Below are positions 38,267 to 47,742 of a DNA stretch of 64,000 nt, one piece after another (the first letter of the stretch is position 1; each line of letters begins with the position of its first letter). The position numbers and the translations under genes are program-made. Under the pieces are notes generated by a model, which searched no databases, had not been told where the DNA came from, and saw nothing but the letters and a program-made list of their open reading frames with translations. This DNA is from Dehalococcoidia bacterium (GTDB taxonomy: Bacteria > Chloroflexota > Dehalococcoidia > Plut-88900): the NCBI GenBank assembly GCA_965249275.1, contig CBDFLQ010000006.1, forward strand, positions 384,001 through 448,000, written 5' to 3'.

Positions 38267-38560
38267 TGTCATCCCAAAATCTCTATTTCACCCCTAAGCT
38301 CCCCTGTCATCCCGAAACCCCCTTGTCATCCCCAAGCCCCTTTGTCATCCCGAGGCTCCGCGAGGGATCTAGGACTTGCGCTCTCACGTTTCTCTTTCCC
38401 TTGTCGCTCATTAAATCCTTTGAATAACCTGCGCTGGAGGGGCCGGGGCCGCTCGTGCTGAGCGGCTGTAAGTGCGCCACTGGAGCATCGAAGTATGAGC
38501 GAGGGGAGGGAAGCGACTTACCCCCTCGCCCTTGACGGGAGAGGGCTGGGGTGAGGGTGA
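38267..38560 (+). repeat. 19-bp tandem half-site array, REP cluster and partial MITE
   Basis: TGTCATCCC-like cores at 38267, 38286, 38305, 38324 and 38343, then a full REP. The segment from ~38415 resembles the 6817 MITE left half. Confidence 0.8.
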
Positions 38561-38598
38561 GTTCTAGCGCTACGTCCATCATCTTCGCGTGGCTAACC

Positions 38599-39078
38599 TT
38601 ACAACCGGCACCCTATCCCCCCACCACCCCCCCCCACTCTCTCAAGCAGCCTCCCGTGCCGTTCACCCCCCGCCCGAAGCTCGACCATCCGCTCCTCTGC
38701 ACCCGTGACCGTAATCTCGACCCGAAGATGATCGGCAGGAAAAAGCGACTCGCCCTTCTCCGCCCACTCGACTACGCACACGCCGCCATTCCCATAGGTC
38801 TCGTCCAACCCCAGGTCCTCAATCTCCAACGGATCGTCGACTCGATAGAGGTCCGCGTGGAAAAGAGTGTGCCTACCCTCGTATTCAGAGACCAGCACAA
38901 AAGTGGGGCTTCGAGCGTATTCGATTACCCCAAGCCCCCAGGCTATCCCCTGGGTCATACACGTTTTACCCGCCCCCAGGTCCCCGATCATCAGCACCAG
39001 CTCTCCGCCCTCCATCAGTTCTCCAATACGGCGGCCCAGGGCCTGAGTTTCCTCCGGCCCCCGTGTCACGATCTCCAT
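38599..39078 (-). CDS. tsaE: tRNA t6A biosynthesis ATPase TsaE
   Basis: GDLGAGKT, SPTF, H.DLYR and VEW motifs. Confidence 0.95.
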   Translation of the reverse strand: MEIVTRGPEETQALGRRIGELMEGGELVLMIGDLGAGKTCMTQGIAWGLGVIEYARSPTFVLVSEYEGRHTLFHADLYRVDDPLEIEDLGLDETYGNGGVCVVEWAEKGESLFPADHLRVEITVTGAEERMVELRAGGERHGRLLERVGGGGGGIGCRL

Positions 39079-39092
39079 TCGACTTGAGTGCG

Positions 39093-40094
39093 TCAAGGCT
39101 TCGAAAAATGCTCCCATCCGGACTTGGGCGACTCAACTGCGAGCCCGTCGTCGTCCAGGAGCATCACCTCTCCCGCCTGTCCCTCCACCATCTCTCCTAT
39201 TATCGTCAAGGGTATGGCAATCTGCTCCGAACCCCGCTCCAACGCCTCCCGAGACCCCGCAACCAGAAGTTCGTAGTCTTCTCCCGCTGTAAGCGCGAGA
39301 GTCTCCGCCTCCGGCCCGAACACCTCCCTCACATCCCCCGACACCGGCAGCTTGCCAATCGACACACGCGCCTCAACCCCGCTCATCACACAAATCTTCG
39401 GCAGGTCGGACATCAGCCCGTCGCTCACGTCCATCGCCGCCCGTACACCTGCATTGAGTAAAGCCTGCCCTTCGACAACCCTGGGGATAGGCCGATTGTG
39501 CGCCGCCTTCAACCGCTCTCGAACGTCACCCGAAACATCGGTATCGCCATTTAGGACCCGGAACCCCGCCCCGGAGCTTCCTAGCCACCCCGTCACGGCT
39601 ATCAGGTCCCCACCCCTGGCCCCATCCCGGCGCAGGATCTCTCCCGAGCCGATTGCCTCCCCTATCAGGGTCACGTTTATCATCATGCACGGCGCTCCCA
39701 CCGTATCTCCCCCTATCACCCTGCACCCGAACTCCTCCCCTATCTCCTTCATCCCTCGGTACATTTCCACCACCGACTCCCCTTCCGTGTCCGGACTTAG
39801 CCCCAGCGACACCAGTGCATATCTCGGCACTCCCCCCATGGCTGCAATGTCACTCAGGTTAATCGCCAACGCCTTCCAGCCCAGGTCCCGATAAGACGTC
39901 GTCTCGGTGCGAAAATGAACATCCTCTACCATTGTGTCCGTAGTCGCCAACTCGACATCCGAGCCCGGCTTCCAAGCCGCCGTATCATCCCCGATGTCGA
40001 GCAGGACCCCGCGGCTATCCCCCGGGTGCCGAACTCCCAGCACGTCGGCAATCATCTCCACCAATCCAAACTCCCCCATCTCCGATACCTTCAT
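39093..40094 (-). CDS. thiL: Thiamine-monophosphate kinase
   Basis: GEFGL, IGDD.A, NLSDIAAMG, GGDT, DVSDGL and GEDYEL motifs. Confidence 0.96.
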   Translation of the reverse strand: MKVSEMGEFGLVEMIADVLGVRHPGDSRGVLLDIGDDTAAWKPGSDVELATTDTMVEDVHFRTETTSYRDLGWKALAINLSDIAAMGGVPRYALVSLGLSPDTEGESVVEMYRGMKEIGEEFGCRVIGGDTVGAPCMMINVTLIGEAIGSGEILRRDGARGGDLIAVTGWLGSSGAGFRVLNGDTDVSGDVRERLKAAHNRPIPRVVEGQALLNAGVRAAMDVSDGLMSDLPKICVMSGVEARVSIGKLPVSGDVREVFGPEAETLALTAGEDYELLVAGSREALERGSEQIAIPLTIIGEMVEGQAGEVMLLDDDGLAVESPKSGWEHFSKP

Positions 40095-40208
40095 ACCCGC
40101 GATTATACCCGCAACCCCACGACCCCACGAAGAGACCATGCCTGTAAAGTGACACCAGTTCCTTGACTCATTGGGGCGCAGAACTACAAAATAGCGGCGG
40201 AGTCAAAG

Positions 40209-41573
40209 ATGGACGAGATTACGCTCAAAAACTACCGTTGCTTCGCCGATGAACAGACGGCGCGGCTTGCGCCCCTGACTCTCCTAATCGGAGAAAACAG
40301 CACCGGAAAGACTTCCTTTCTAGCCATGATCCGCACCCTCAGCAAAGTTGCCCGCGGCTCGCCAATACCGAATTTTAACGAGCCTCCCTACAACTTAGGC
40401 AGCTTCGATGAGATCGTCCACTACAAAGGAGTTAACGTCGCCCGCGCAGACACATTCGAAGCCAGCATAACTGTCAACGCGCCCCCACCGGGGGTTGAAT
40501 ATTCGCCAGACTTTCTCAAATGCCCTTATTACATGCAAGCCACATTTGTCGGAAGAGGGGCTACTCCCATTGCCTCGCTAACCAAAGAGAAGGAGCTTCG
40601 TGGGAATAATTGGATAGAAAAACACTTTGAATTGGGTGGGCCTAGTCTGGCACGTTGTGGCACAGTTCGGGGTCAATGGGAGTTGGAGATACCCTCAGAG
40701 ATTACCGAGCGTCACGGAAAAGAAAACGTTCAGATTCCGCCCATGTTTTTTCTAATGTCCCCTAACTCAGGTTTGAGCAATGCAGTAGGCAAACCGCTCA
40801 AACCTATTTCAGGGTCTCCTCCTTTCAACCACCGCGATGAATATGAACTTGAGGGATTTGTACTTGGCGTTTTTCGAGTTGTTCCAATTCCCATGGCGAC
40901 AGCCCCCGTCCAATCCAAACCCAACCGTACCTATCACCATTCAGTTCCATTTTGGGACCCATCGGGTGGACATGTACCCAACTTGCTTGCGAGCTTGTAT
41001 TTGCAAGATAAGGCGAATTGGAAAGCACTCAAGAATGCTATTGAGAATTTTGGTGCGAATGCCGGGCTTTTTAATGAGATTAATATACGAAGTCTGGGCG
41101 AACGTGCCAGCGATCCCTTCCAATTGCAGGTCAGAAAATTTGAGGGCAAACGAAAGGGTTTGTGGCACAACCTTGTAGACGTGGGTTACGGCATCAGCCA
41201 AGTTCTTCCGATAGTTACGGAAATGCTTCGTGCAGATGCCGCAAATCTGTTCTTGTTTCAGCAGCCTGAAGTCCACCTCCACCCCAGTGCCCAAGCTGCC
41301 CTTGGAAGCCTCTTCTGCGAAGTTGCAGCCCGAGGACATCAATTGATAGTCGAGACCCACAGCGACTACATCCTCGACCGCATCCGAATGGACATCCGGG
41401 ATTGCAAGTCAGACCTTAAGCCCGAAGACGTGTCAATCCTCTTCTTTGAACGTCAAGGCTTAGGCGTAAACATCCACTCAATCCGGCTGGACCAAGAAGG
41501 CAATATCCTGAATGCTCCTCCAAGCTATGGTAACTTCTTCATCAATGAGACAACTCGTTCGTTGGGACTCTAA
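40209..41573 (+). CDS. ABC/AAA-type ATPase (AAA_15/AAA_21, DUF3696-like C-terminus)
   Basis: ITLKNYRCF, GENSTGKT, DVGYGISQVLP, QQPEVHLHP and ETHSD motifs. Confidence 0.88.
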   Translation: MDEITLKNYRCFADEQTARLAPLTLLIGENSTGKTSFLAMIRTLSKVARGSPIPNFNEPPYNLGSFDEIVHYKGVNVARADTFEASITVNAPPPGVEYSPDFLKCPYYMQATFVGRGATPIASLTKEKELRGNNWIEKHFELGGPSLARCGTVRGQWELEIPSEITERHGKENVQIPPMFFLMSPNSGLSNAVGKPLKPISGSPPFNHRDEYELEGFVLGVFRVVPIPMATAPVQSKPNRTYHHSVPFWDPSGGHVPNLLASLYLQDKANWKALKNAIENFGANAGLFNEINIRSLGERASDPFQLQVRKFEGKRKGLWHNLVDVGYGISQVLPIVTEMLRADAANLFLFQQPEVHLHPSAQAALGSLFCEVAARGHQLIVETHSDYILDRIRMDIRDCKSDLKPEDVSILFFERQGLGVNIHSIRLDQEGNILNAPPSYGNFFINETTRSLGL

Positions 41574-41575
41574 TA

Positions 41576-42052
41576 GTGTGCGCCATTGTTGACGCCAACG
41601 TTGCCCATGAAGTCTTCGGCGTCAACCAGACTCCCGCAGGCAAGAGACTCTACGACTGGATTAACGAAGGACAGGGTCGTCTGGTCATTGGAGGCAGACT
41701 GACAGAGGAATTGAACAGAGCCTCCGCAAAATTCCCCCAATGGGCGAAGCGTGCTCTTTTGTTCGGTAGAATCCGAAGTGTCAATGATGACGAGATCAGA
41801 GCAAAGACAAAGTCTATTGTCGCCGGAGGCAAATGTGTATCTAACGACATGCACATCGTCTCCCTCGCCCAAGTCAGTGGCGCGCGACTCTTATTCTCCA
41901 ATGATGGAGACCTACACACAGACTTCAGGAACAAAACTCTGATCAATAATCCGCGGGGCCAGATATTTTCAACACGTATGAGCGGAGACCTTACATCCTC
42001 TCACAAGAGACTGTTGGCTAGAAAAGACTTATGTCGCGCTCACTCATCCTAG
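41576..42052 (+). CDS. PIN-like domain protein
   Basis: AIVDANV..E, SND.HI..LA...ARLL.SND..L..DF acidic pattern; 2 bp after the ATPase. Confidence 0.7.
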   Translation: MCAIVDANVAHEVFGVNQTPAGKRLYDWINEGQGRLVIGGRLTEELNRASAKFPQWAKRALLFGRIRSVNDDEIRAKTKSIVAGGKCVSNDMHIVSLAQVSGARLLFSNDGDLHTDFRNKTLINNPRGQIFSTRMSGDLTSSHKRLLARKDLCRAHSS

Positions 42053-42771
42053 CCGACATACACGCCAACCTGGAGGCATTCCAGGCCGTCTTAACCGACG
42101 CCAAGTCCCGAGGCCCCATCGACCAACTCTGGTGCCTCGGCGACATCGTCGGCTATGGCCCCAATCCCGGTGAGGTCATAGACCTCCTCCGGGAGCACGA
42201 TCACCTCTCCATTGCCGGCAACCATGATTGGGCTGCCATCGGTAAGATCGACACCTCGGAATTCAACCCCTATGCCCGCTCCGCAGCCTTGTGGACACAG
42301 ACCCAGTTGACCCAGGAGCACATGGATTATCTCGGCCGGTTGCCCCTGACCCTCGTAACGGGAATTTTCACCCTCGCCCACGGCACCCCCCGAGACCCGA
42401 TATGGGAGTACCTTGTCACCGAGACCGCCGCCCTCGCCAGCCTCGAACACCTGCAGACCGGCCATTGCCTCGTCGGCCACTCCCATATCCCATTCTTCTG
42501 CCGAGTCGACCCGTCCGCCATGCGCAGCGAGTTCCAGGAATTTCCCGTCGGTGTTCCAGTCGAGCTGGGTGAAGGGCCCCTCTTCATCAATCCCGGCGGT
42601 GTAGGCCAGCCCCGAGACCGGGATCCCACCTCCAACTACGCCATCTACGACAGCACCAAGGGTGCCATCTGCCACTATCGCGTCCCCTACGATATCCCGG
42701 CCACCCAAGAAAAGATGCGCAAAGCCCACCTCCCCGAGCCCCTCATCACCCGCCTCAGCCGCGGGCTCTAA
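42031..42771 (+). CDS. Metallophosphoesterase (calcineurin-like)
   Basis: DIHAN, LGDIVGYG, GNHD, HGTP, GHSH and NPG.VGQPRD motifs. Confidence 0.93.
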   Translation: MSRSLILADIHANLEAFQAVLTDAKSRGPIDQLWCLGDIVGYGPNPGEVIDLLREHDHLSIAGNHDWAAIGKIDTSEFNPYARSAALWTQTQLTQEHMDYLGRLPLTLVTGIFTLAHGTPRDPIWEYLVTETAALASLEHLQTGHCLVGHSHIPFFCRVDPSAMRSEFQEFPVGVPVELGEGPLFINPGGVGQPRDRDPTSNYAIYDSTKGAICHYRVPYDIPATQEKMRKAHLPEPLITRLSRGL

Positions 42772-42876
42772 TCGTCTGCTACACTCGCTCGCTGTGACAC
42801 CAGCCCGTTGAACCCCCTCCCCCCTGTTGCTATAATCGGCCAATCTTCGAAAGACCCCGTTGGGGAGGTGGTTCGA

Positions 42877-43905
42877 ATGGCTTCACTAAAGATCGCCCAC
42901 GGTTATCCCATTCCACAGACTTATATCGATAGGCTCACGTCCCTTTCAGGTGTCGAACTTTCGTACATCGGTGACCTGCTTAAACAGGAGAAAGACACCG
43001 CATCCAAGCACGGCCCCGACTCCCCGGAAGCCGGGGCTGCCCGCCAGAAGGTGGACGAGATAATAAAAGACGTCGAGATCTACTACTCCGCCTCCCTGCC
43101 CGGCGGCTTGCCCGAGCGTGCTCCCAACCTGAAGTGGCTCCAGTACGTCTGGGACGGCATAGACCTCGATGTCGGAAAAGACCTCCTGGAATCATCCGTC
43201 GTCATTACCAACGCCCGGCAAATGGCTGCTCTGAACATCGCCGAGTGGGCGCTCATGTGCATATTGATGTTCAAAAAGAAACAACACCAACTCATCGCCG
43301 AAAGACGTAACAAGGTATGGAGCAACGAATTCTACGACCAGATCGAGCTCCGGGGCCAGACTATCGGAGTCGTCGGGCTGGGTGCCATCGGCGGGGACTT
43401 GGCCCGCCTCAGTAAAGCCTTCGGCATGACCGTGCTCGCGACCCGCCGGACCGTGTCCAGCCGTCAGTTCAACATCGGTGATGTCGACGAAGTCATGCCA
43501 GCCTCCGACTTGGACGACCTGTTGCGAAGAAGCGACTTCACGGCCCTCTGTGTCCCCGGCACGCCGGACACACAGCAGCTCATCGGCGAGCGGGAGTTGG
43601 ACCTGATAGGACCCTCTTCCTTTCTGATTAATGTCGCCCGTGGTAGTGTGGTCGACGAGGGAGCCCTAATCCGAGCCCTCAAGGGGGGCCGCATAGCCGG
43701 CGCGGGCCTAGATGTCTTTGCTACGGAACCCCTGCCCCAGGACAGCGAGCTCTGGGAGCTGGACAATGTGATATTAGGCACTCACAAGACCGGCGACGTT
43801 ATGGGCTACGATGATCGCGTCGCCGACCTGTTCACCAGAAACGTCGAGCGGTATATTAAAGGCGAAGAATTGATCAACCTGGTCGATAAGAAGGCGGGCT
43901 ACTAG
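42877..43905 (+). CDS. D-2-hydroxyacid dehydrogenase
   Basis: GLGAIG, INVARG, AGLDVF.TEPLP and catalytic His motifs. Confidence 0.9.
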   Translation: MASLKIAHGYPIPQTYIDRLTSLSGVELSYIGDLLKQEKDTASKHGPDSPEAGAARQKVDEIIKDVEIYYSASLPGGLPERAPNLKWLQYVWDGIDLDVGKDLLESSVVITNARQMAALNIAEWALMCILMFKKKQHQLIAERRNKVWSNEFYDQIELRGQTIGVVGLGAIGGDLARLSKAFGMTVLATRRTVSSRQFNIGDVDEVMPASDLDDLLRRSDFTALCVPGTPDTQQLIGERELDLIGPSSFLINVARGSVVDEGALIRALKGGRIAGAGLDVFATEPLPQDSELWELDNVILGTHKTGDVMGYDDRVADLFTRNVERYIKGEELINLVDKKAGY

Positions 43906-43931
43906 CGCCCGCATCCCGTGAGGAGAAAATC

Positions 43932-44117
43932 ATGCCGAGAGTAACCATAGAAATGTACCCTGGCAGGACCAAGGCCCAGAAGGCCGAGTTGGCCCGCGTC
44001 ATCACCGAGGCCATGGTCACCATCGCCAACACCCAGGCCCAGGCCGTGGACATCGTATTCAACGAAGTGTCCCAGGAAAGCTGGTCCTTCGGTGGAGTCC
44101 TCGCCTCCGACAGATAA
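43932..44117 (+). CDS. 4-oxalocrotonate tautomerase family protein
   Basis: N-terminal Pro, GRT..QK and W..GG motifs. Confidence 0.9.
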   Translation: MPRVTIEMYPGRTKAQKAELARVITEAMVTIANTQAQAVDIVFNEVSQESWSFGGVLASDR

Positions 44118-44134
44118 CTCCTCCCATCCCTCCC

Positions 44135-44292
44135 CCGTTCGCCCTGAGCCCACTGCAAATGGAACACCCGCCTTTGAAGGGTCCACTTATAGAGGATCGA
44201 AGGGCCTCAGGATCGGGCATCTTGTCCCCCTCTCCCTTGATGGGTCAAAAATGCGCCGAGGCGTGTGAGGGCTAGGGTGAGGGTGAGGGTGA
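44135..44292 (+). repeat. REP cluster with nested insertions
   Basis: CCTGAGC...TCGAAGGG and CCCTCTCCCTTGATGG...GGGCTAGGGTGAGGGTG, both interrupted. Confidence 0.7.
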
Positions 44293-44319
44293 TTCCTCAC
44301 TCCCCTCGCAGCGCACCGA

Positions 44320-44396
<77 letters not shown>

Positions 44397-44475
44397 CACC
44401 GCACTGAACTCATAGTTCCTCCGTTTAGGATGACCTATGCGGCGCTCACTCCCCTTATGGCACTGTCATCCGGCC

Positions 44476-44740
44476 TAGGTGGCGATGATCACGGTCCACC
44501 AATGGTTCCAGCGACCGATGAGAGCGCCGGCAAGGAGCGAAGCATCTTCGAGCGGCAGCACAGCTGTGAAGAGCAGGATTGTGTAGGCAGCAATGTCCTC
44601 GGTTTGGTCAAGCACGCAAAGACCCAGACCGAAGCGAGTCATCCCGGGCCCGACAGTTGAGGCAAACTGGCCACCCCGCGAGAGCGTAGAACACCCGCTC
44701 GGCAGCGAAGAGCCGCAAAAATTGAATCGACTTCATCGGT
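44476..44740 (-). pseudogene. MFS transporter (DHA3-like) N-terminal remnant
   Basis: Minus strand reads GQFASTVGPGMTRFGLGLCVLDQT...LAGALIGRWNHWWT*, truncated and frameshifted. Confidence 0.55.
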
Positions 44741-44813
44741 AGATTCCTAGCAGAGTTGGCACGACTTGGATAAACTTGGTCGGACAACTGCGCGTAGACA
44801 AAGCAAAGGAGAC

Positions 44814-45887
44814 TTGACTAACTTGGACATCATCATACGGACCAAAGCCTGGTCCGCATCCATATTCTTGATATTGGCATTGGCCTTAGTGATGGCCGCG
44901 TGCTCAGACTCGGACTCAGGTGAGGATGGTACTGTTCGACCCACGGCGGCAGTGACCTCTACACAGAGTTCCCTGCCACCGACAAGCACACCTGCCCCAA
45001 CCCCTATAGCTACTCTCGAACCGACGTCTGCTCCAGAGCCCACCCTGGAGACTTATCCACTAGAAATTGTGGATTTGCTCGGCAGGACTGTCGAGATTCC
45101 GTCCAAGCCGATGCGGATCGTGAGCATCAGTCCAACGGCCACGGAGATCCTATACATGGCTGGAGGCACGGCAGTCGCTCGTGACACAAGCTCCACCTTT
45201 CCTGCTGAAATTGTCGACCTTCCGGAACTGGGTGGAGCCTACTCGCCTAGCTTCGAAGCAATTGCCGCCCAGAGGGCCGACTTGATCTTGATCGAAGCTC
45301 TGAGCCAGGCGCGCTTCCTGGAGCCATTGTCGCAACTGGGTCCGCCAGTGGTGGCTGTTCGTGCGGCTTCGCTCGACGACATAACCACGGGCATCAAGCT
45401 CATCGGGCAGATCATCGAAAGCGATGAGATAGCCGAACGGGCAGCAGAGGATCTTTCGGCACGAGTATCGTCAGCCATTGAAGGCCTCAGTGATGGTCAA
45501 AGCGCCGTAATCCTGATCTCAGACGCCGACAGAAACCTTTACGTCGCAAAGCCACAGTCGTATCCCGGCGCCATAGCTTCCTTGTTGAAGCTGTCTAACC
45601 CGGCTGCCGATTTGCCCGACAGCGGGACCTTCCCAGGTTTCGCCCAGATCTCGGCAGAGCAATTGCTCACCATGGACCCGGACTACGTGTTTACAATTAC
45701 ACCGGCGCCGGAACCCGCTCCGCGTCTTTCTGCAACGTTGCCCCGCATTCCCGGCTTCTCCAATCTGCGGGCAATCACAAGCGGCCGGATGCATGAAATC
45801 GACCACATAATCTTCCTGCGCAATCAGGGGCCGCGCATTGCCGAGGCAGTGGAAGCCATGGCCGAAATTGTAGGAAGCGCCCCATAG
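44814..45887 (+). CDS. Iron-siderophore/cobalamin ABC substrate-binding lipoprotein
   Basis: Lipobox MAAC, Thr/Pro linker, D..GR.V.I...P.RIVS.SP..TE motif. Start uncertain. Confidence 0.88.
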   Translation: MTNLDIIIRTKAWSASIFLILALALVMAACSDSDSGEDGTVRPTAAVTSTQSSLPPTSTPAPTPIATLEPTSAPEPTLETYPLEIVDLLGRTVEIPSKPMRIVSISPTATEILYMAGGTAVARDTSSTFPAEIVDLPELGGAYSPSFEAIAAQRADLILIEALSQARFLEPLSQLGPPVVAVRAASLDDITTGIKLIGQIIESDEIAERAAEDLSARVSSAIEGLSDGQSAVILISDADRNLYVAKPQSYPGAIASLLKLSNPAADLPDSGTFPGFAQISAEQLLTMDPDYVFTITPAPEPAPRLSATLPRIPGFSNLRAITSGRMHEIDHIIFLRNQGPRIAEAVEAMAEIVGSAP

Positions 45888-46865
45888 TTGCGCCGCCCGG
45901 CCCTTGTCCTTACGGGTCTCGGTGTCGCCTTACTCGCGGGCTGCATTGTAGGGGTTGCTTTCGGCACTGCGAACCTGGAAGCCTCTACACTCCTTAAAGC
46001 CCTCTTCACCGACAGCGGAGACCCCACCGCCGAGGTGATAGTGCGCTCTCTACGCATACCGAGGGTCGTGGCGGCTCTTGTAGTAGGTGCGTGTCTTGGG
46101 GCCGCAGGATCGCTGATTCAAAGCGCCACTCGTAATCCCTTGGGAGACCCCCAGCTATTCGGACTGGGCGGAGGGGCAGCTATAGTCCAAGCTCTAACTT
46201 TAGTTGGTGTCCTTGGAACGGGGGCTTGGGGACTAACCTCTCTATCGGTAGTGGCCGCCCTGATCGGGGCCCTTCTCATATTCGTGTTGTCTTCAAGGGA
46301 GAGCGTTACTGCGGCTCGTCTCGCCCTAATCGGTGTGTCAATAGGGGCTTTGACTCTGGCAGTTGCCGCCGCCATCTTGACTCACGCACGGATCTTCAGC
46401 CTGCAAGCCTTGGCTCTGTTCAGCGGCAGCCTGGCAAACCGAAGCTGGGATGACGTCATACCGGCCTTCCCTTTCCTTGCTCTCGGAATCGTACTCGCGG
46501 TCCTGGCGGCAGGTCGGCTAAACTTCTTGGTGCTAGGCGACCGGCTTGCCGGGCAATTGGGGGCCAGTCCCAGGAGGACTCGGTTAGTGGCTATGGCCTC
46601 CGCCGGGGTACTGGCTGGCACCGCTGTAACCTTGGCCGGTGTGGTCGGTTTCGTGGGCCTGCTCACCCCGCATGTAGTAAGACTGATGGTGGGCAACGAC
46701 CCTCGAACCGTTATGGCTGTTTCTGTCCCAACCGGGGCTCTGGTAGTTCTTTATGCAGACCAGATTTCGAGGCTGGCCTTCATGCCTTCCGAAATACCGG
46801 TTGGGCTGATAACCACAGTATTGGGTGCGCCACTTATGGTATGGGTGGCAAGAAGGCTGCAGTGA
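45888..46865 (+). CDS. FecCD/BtuC family ABC permease
   Basis: RIPRV, Q..TRNPL.DP, GFVGL..PH and EIPVG motifs. Confidence 0.92.
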   Translation: MRRPALVLTGLGVALLAGCIVGVAFGTANLEASTLLKALFTDSGDPTAEVIVRSLRIPRVVAALVVGACLGAAGSLIQSATRNPLGDPQLFGLGGGAAIVQALTLVGVLGTGAWGLTSLSVVAALIGALLIFVLSSRESVTAARLALIGVSIGALTLAVAAAILTHARIFSLQALALFSGSLANRSWDDVIPAFPFLALGIVLAVLAAGRLNFLVLGDRLAGQLGASPRRTRLVAMASAGVLAGTAVTLAGVVGFVGLLTPHVVRLMVGNDPRTVMAVSVPTGALVVLYADQISRLAFMPSEIPVGLITTVLGAPLMVWVARRLQ

Positions 46866-46886
46866 CACTACAACAGGTCTTATAGG

Positions 46887-47591
46887 ATGAAGATCAGCAT
46901 AGAATTGGACGGTGTGTCCTTCTCCTACGGAGAGAAGACCGTCTTAAGGGAAGTCTCAGTCTCCGTTGCCATGGGCGAATTCGTTTGTCTATTGGGGCCT
47001 AATGGTGCTGGTAAGACGACTCTGGCACAGCTGATCGCAGGTGAACTGTCTCCTACAGAAGGCCGAGTCTTCCTGGACGCGGGAGACGCTTCCGGCGAAC
47101 TAGCCGGCGTAGGACGGCACATCGCATATCTGCCTCAGGACCTTCAAGATCCTCCCTTTGTGACCGTGCGGGAAATGGTCTCTTTAGGACGTTTCAACCC
47201 AAAACGCAGCCTTGGATGGAAGGTTAGCGAAAAAGACAAAGAAGTCGTCCAAGAGTGCATCGACACCTGTCTTGCGGAGTCCTTTGCCGACCGCCCCTTT
47301 GCCCACCTCTCAGGAGGCGAAAAGCAACGGGTATGGCTCGCTTTTTGCCTAGCCCAGCAACGAGAGTTCATTCTGCTGGACGAATCACTGCACAAGATAG
47401 ATTACCCAACGAGAGACCTTTTTTTCAGAATGCTTGCCAATCTGGCCGAGGACGGCAAAGGCGTTGTTCTCATAACTCATGACTTGCAGATGGCGGAGCG
47501 ACATAGCCGGAGGATGCTACTCCTGGGGGACGGTGAACTAGTGTACGACGGGCCGCCGGACCAGGTGATCTACTCACTTATGGAGCGGTAG
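46887..47591 (+). CDS. ABC transporter ATP-binding protein (FecE-like)
   Basis: GPNGAGKT, LSGGEKQR, LLDE and THDL motifs. Confidence 0.92.
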   Translation: MKISIELDGVSFSYGEKTVLREVSVSVAMGEFVCLLGPNGAGKTTLAQLIAGELSPTEGRVFLDAGDASGELAGVGRHIAYLPQDLQDPPFVTVREMVSLGRFNPKRSLGWKVSEKDKEVVQECIDTCLAESFADRPFAHLSGGEKQRVWLAFCLAQQREFILLDESLHKIDYPTRDLFFRMLANLAEDGKGVVLITHDLQMAERHSRRMLLLGDGELVYDGPPDQVIYSLMER

Positions 47592-47742
47592 CTGACTCTG
47601 CACGGCATGATGCGCCATGCCGAGGCAGGACAGCCCGGCATCTTCACGCCAACGTACTTTGCTCACGCCCGCAAATCGGCAAAGCCCATGTGATAGCATT
47701 AGGCCCATCGAGAGCAAAGATACCTCATCTGGAGGCAACGTT

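Noticed and set aside
32554-40200. TPP riboswitch near thiE or thiL
   Set aside because: No CTGAGA...ACCTG..GTAAT..GCG.AGG pattern was seen upstream of either gene.
44430-44660. 76-aa + strand ORF after the tRNA
   Set aside because: It is antisense to the MFS remnant and has no motif.
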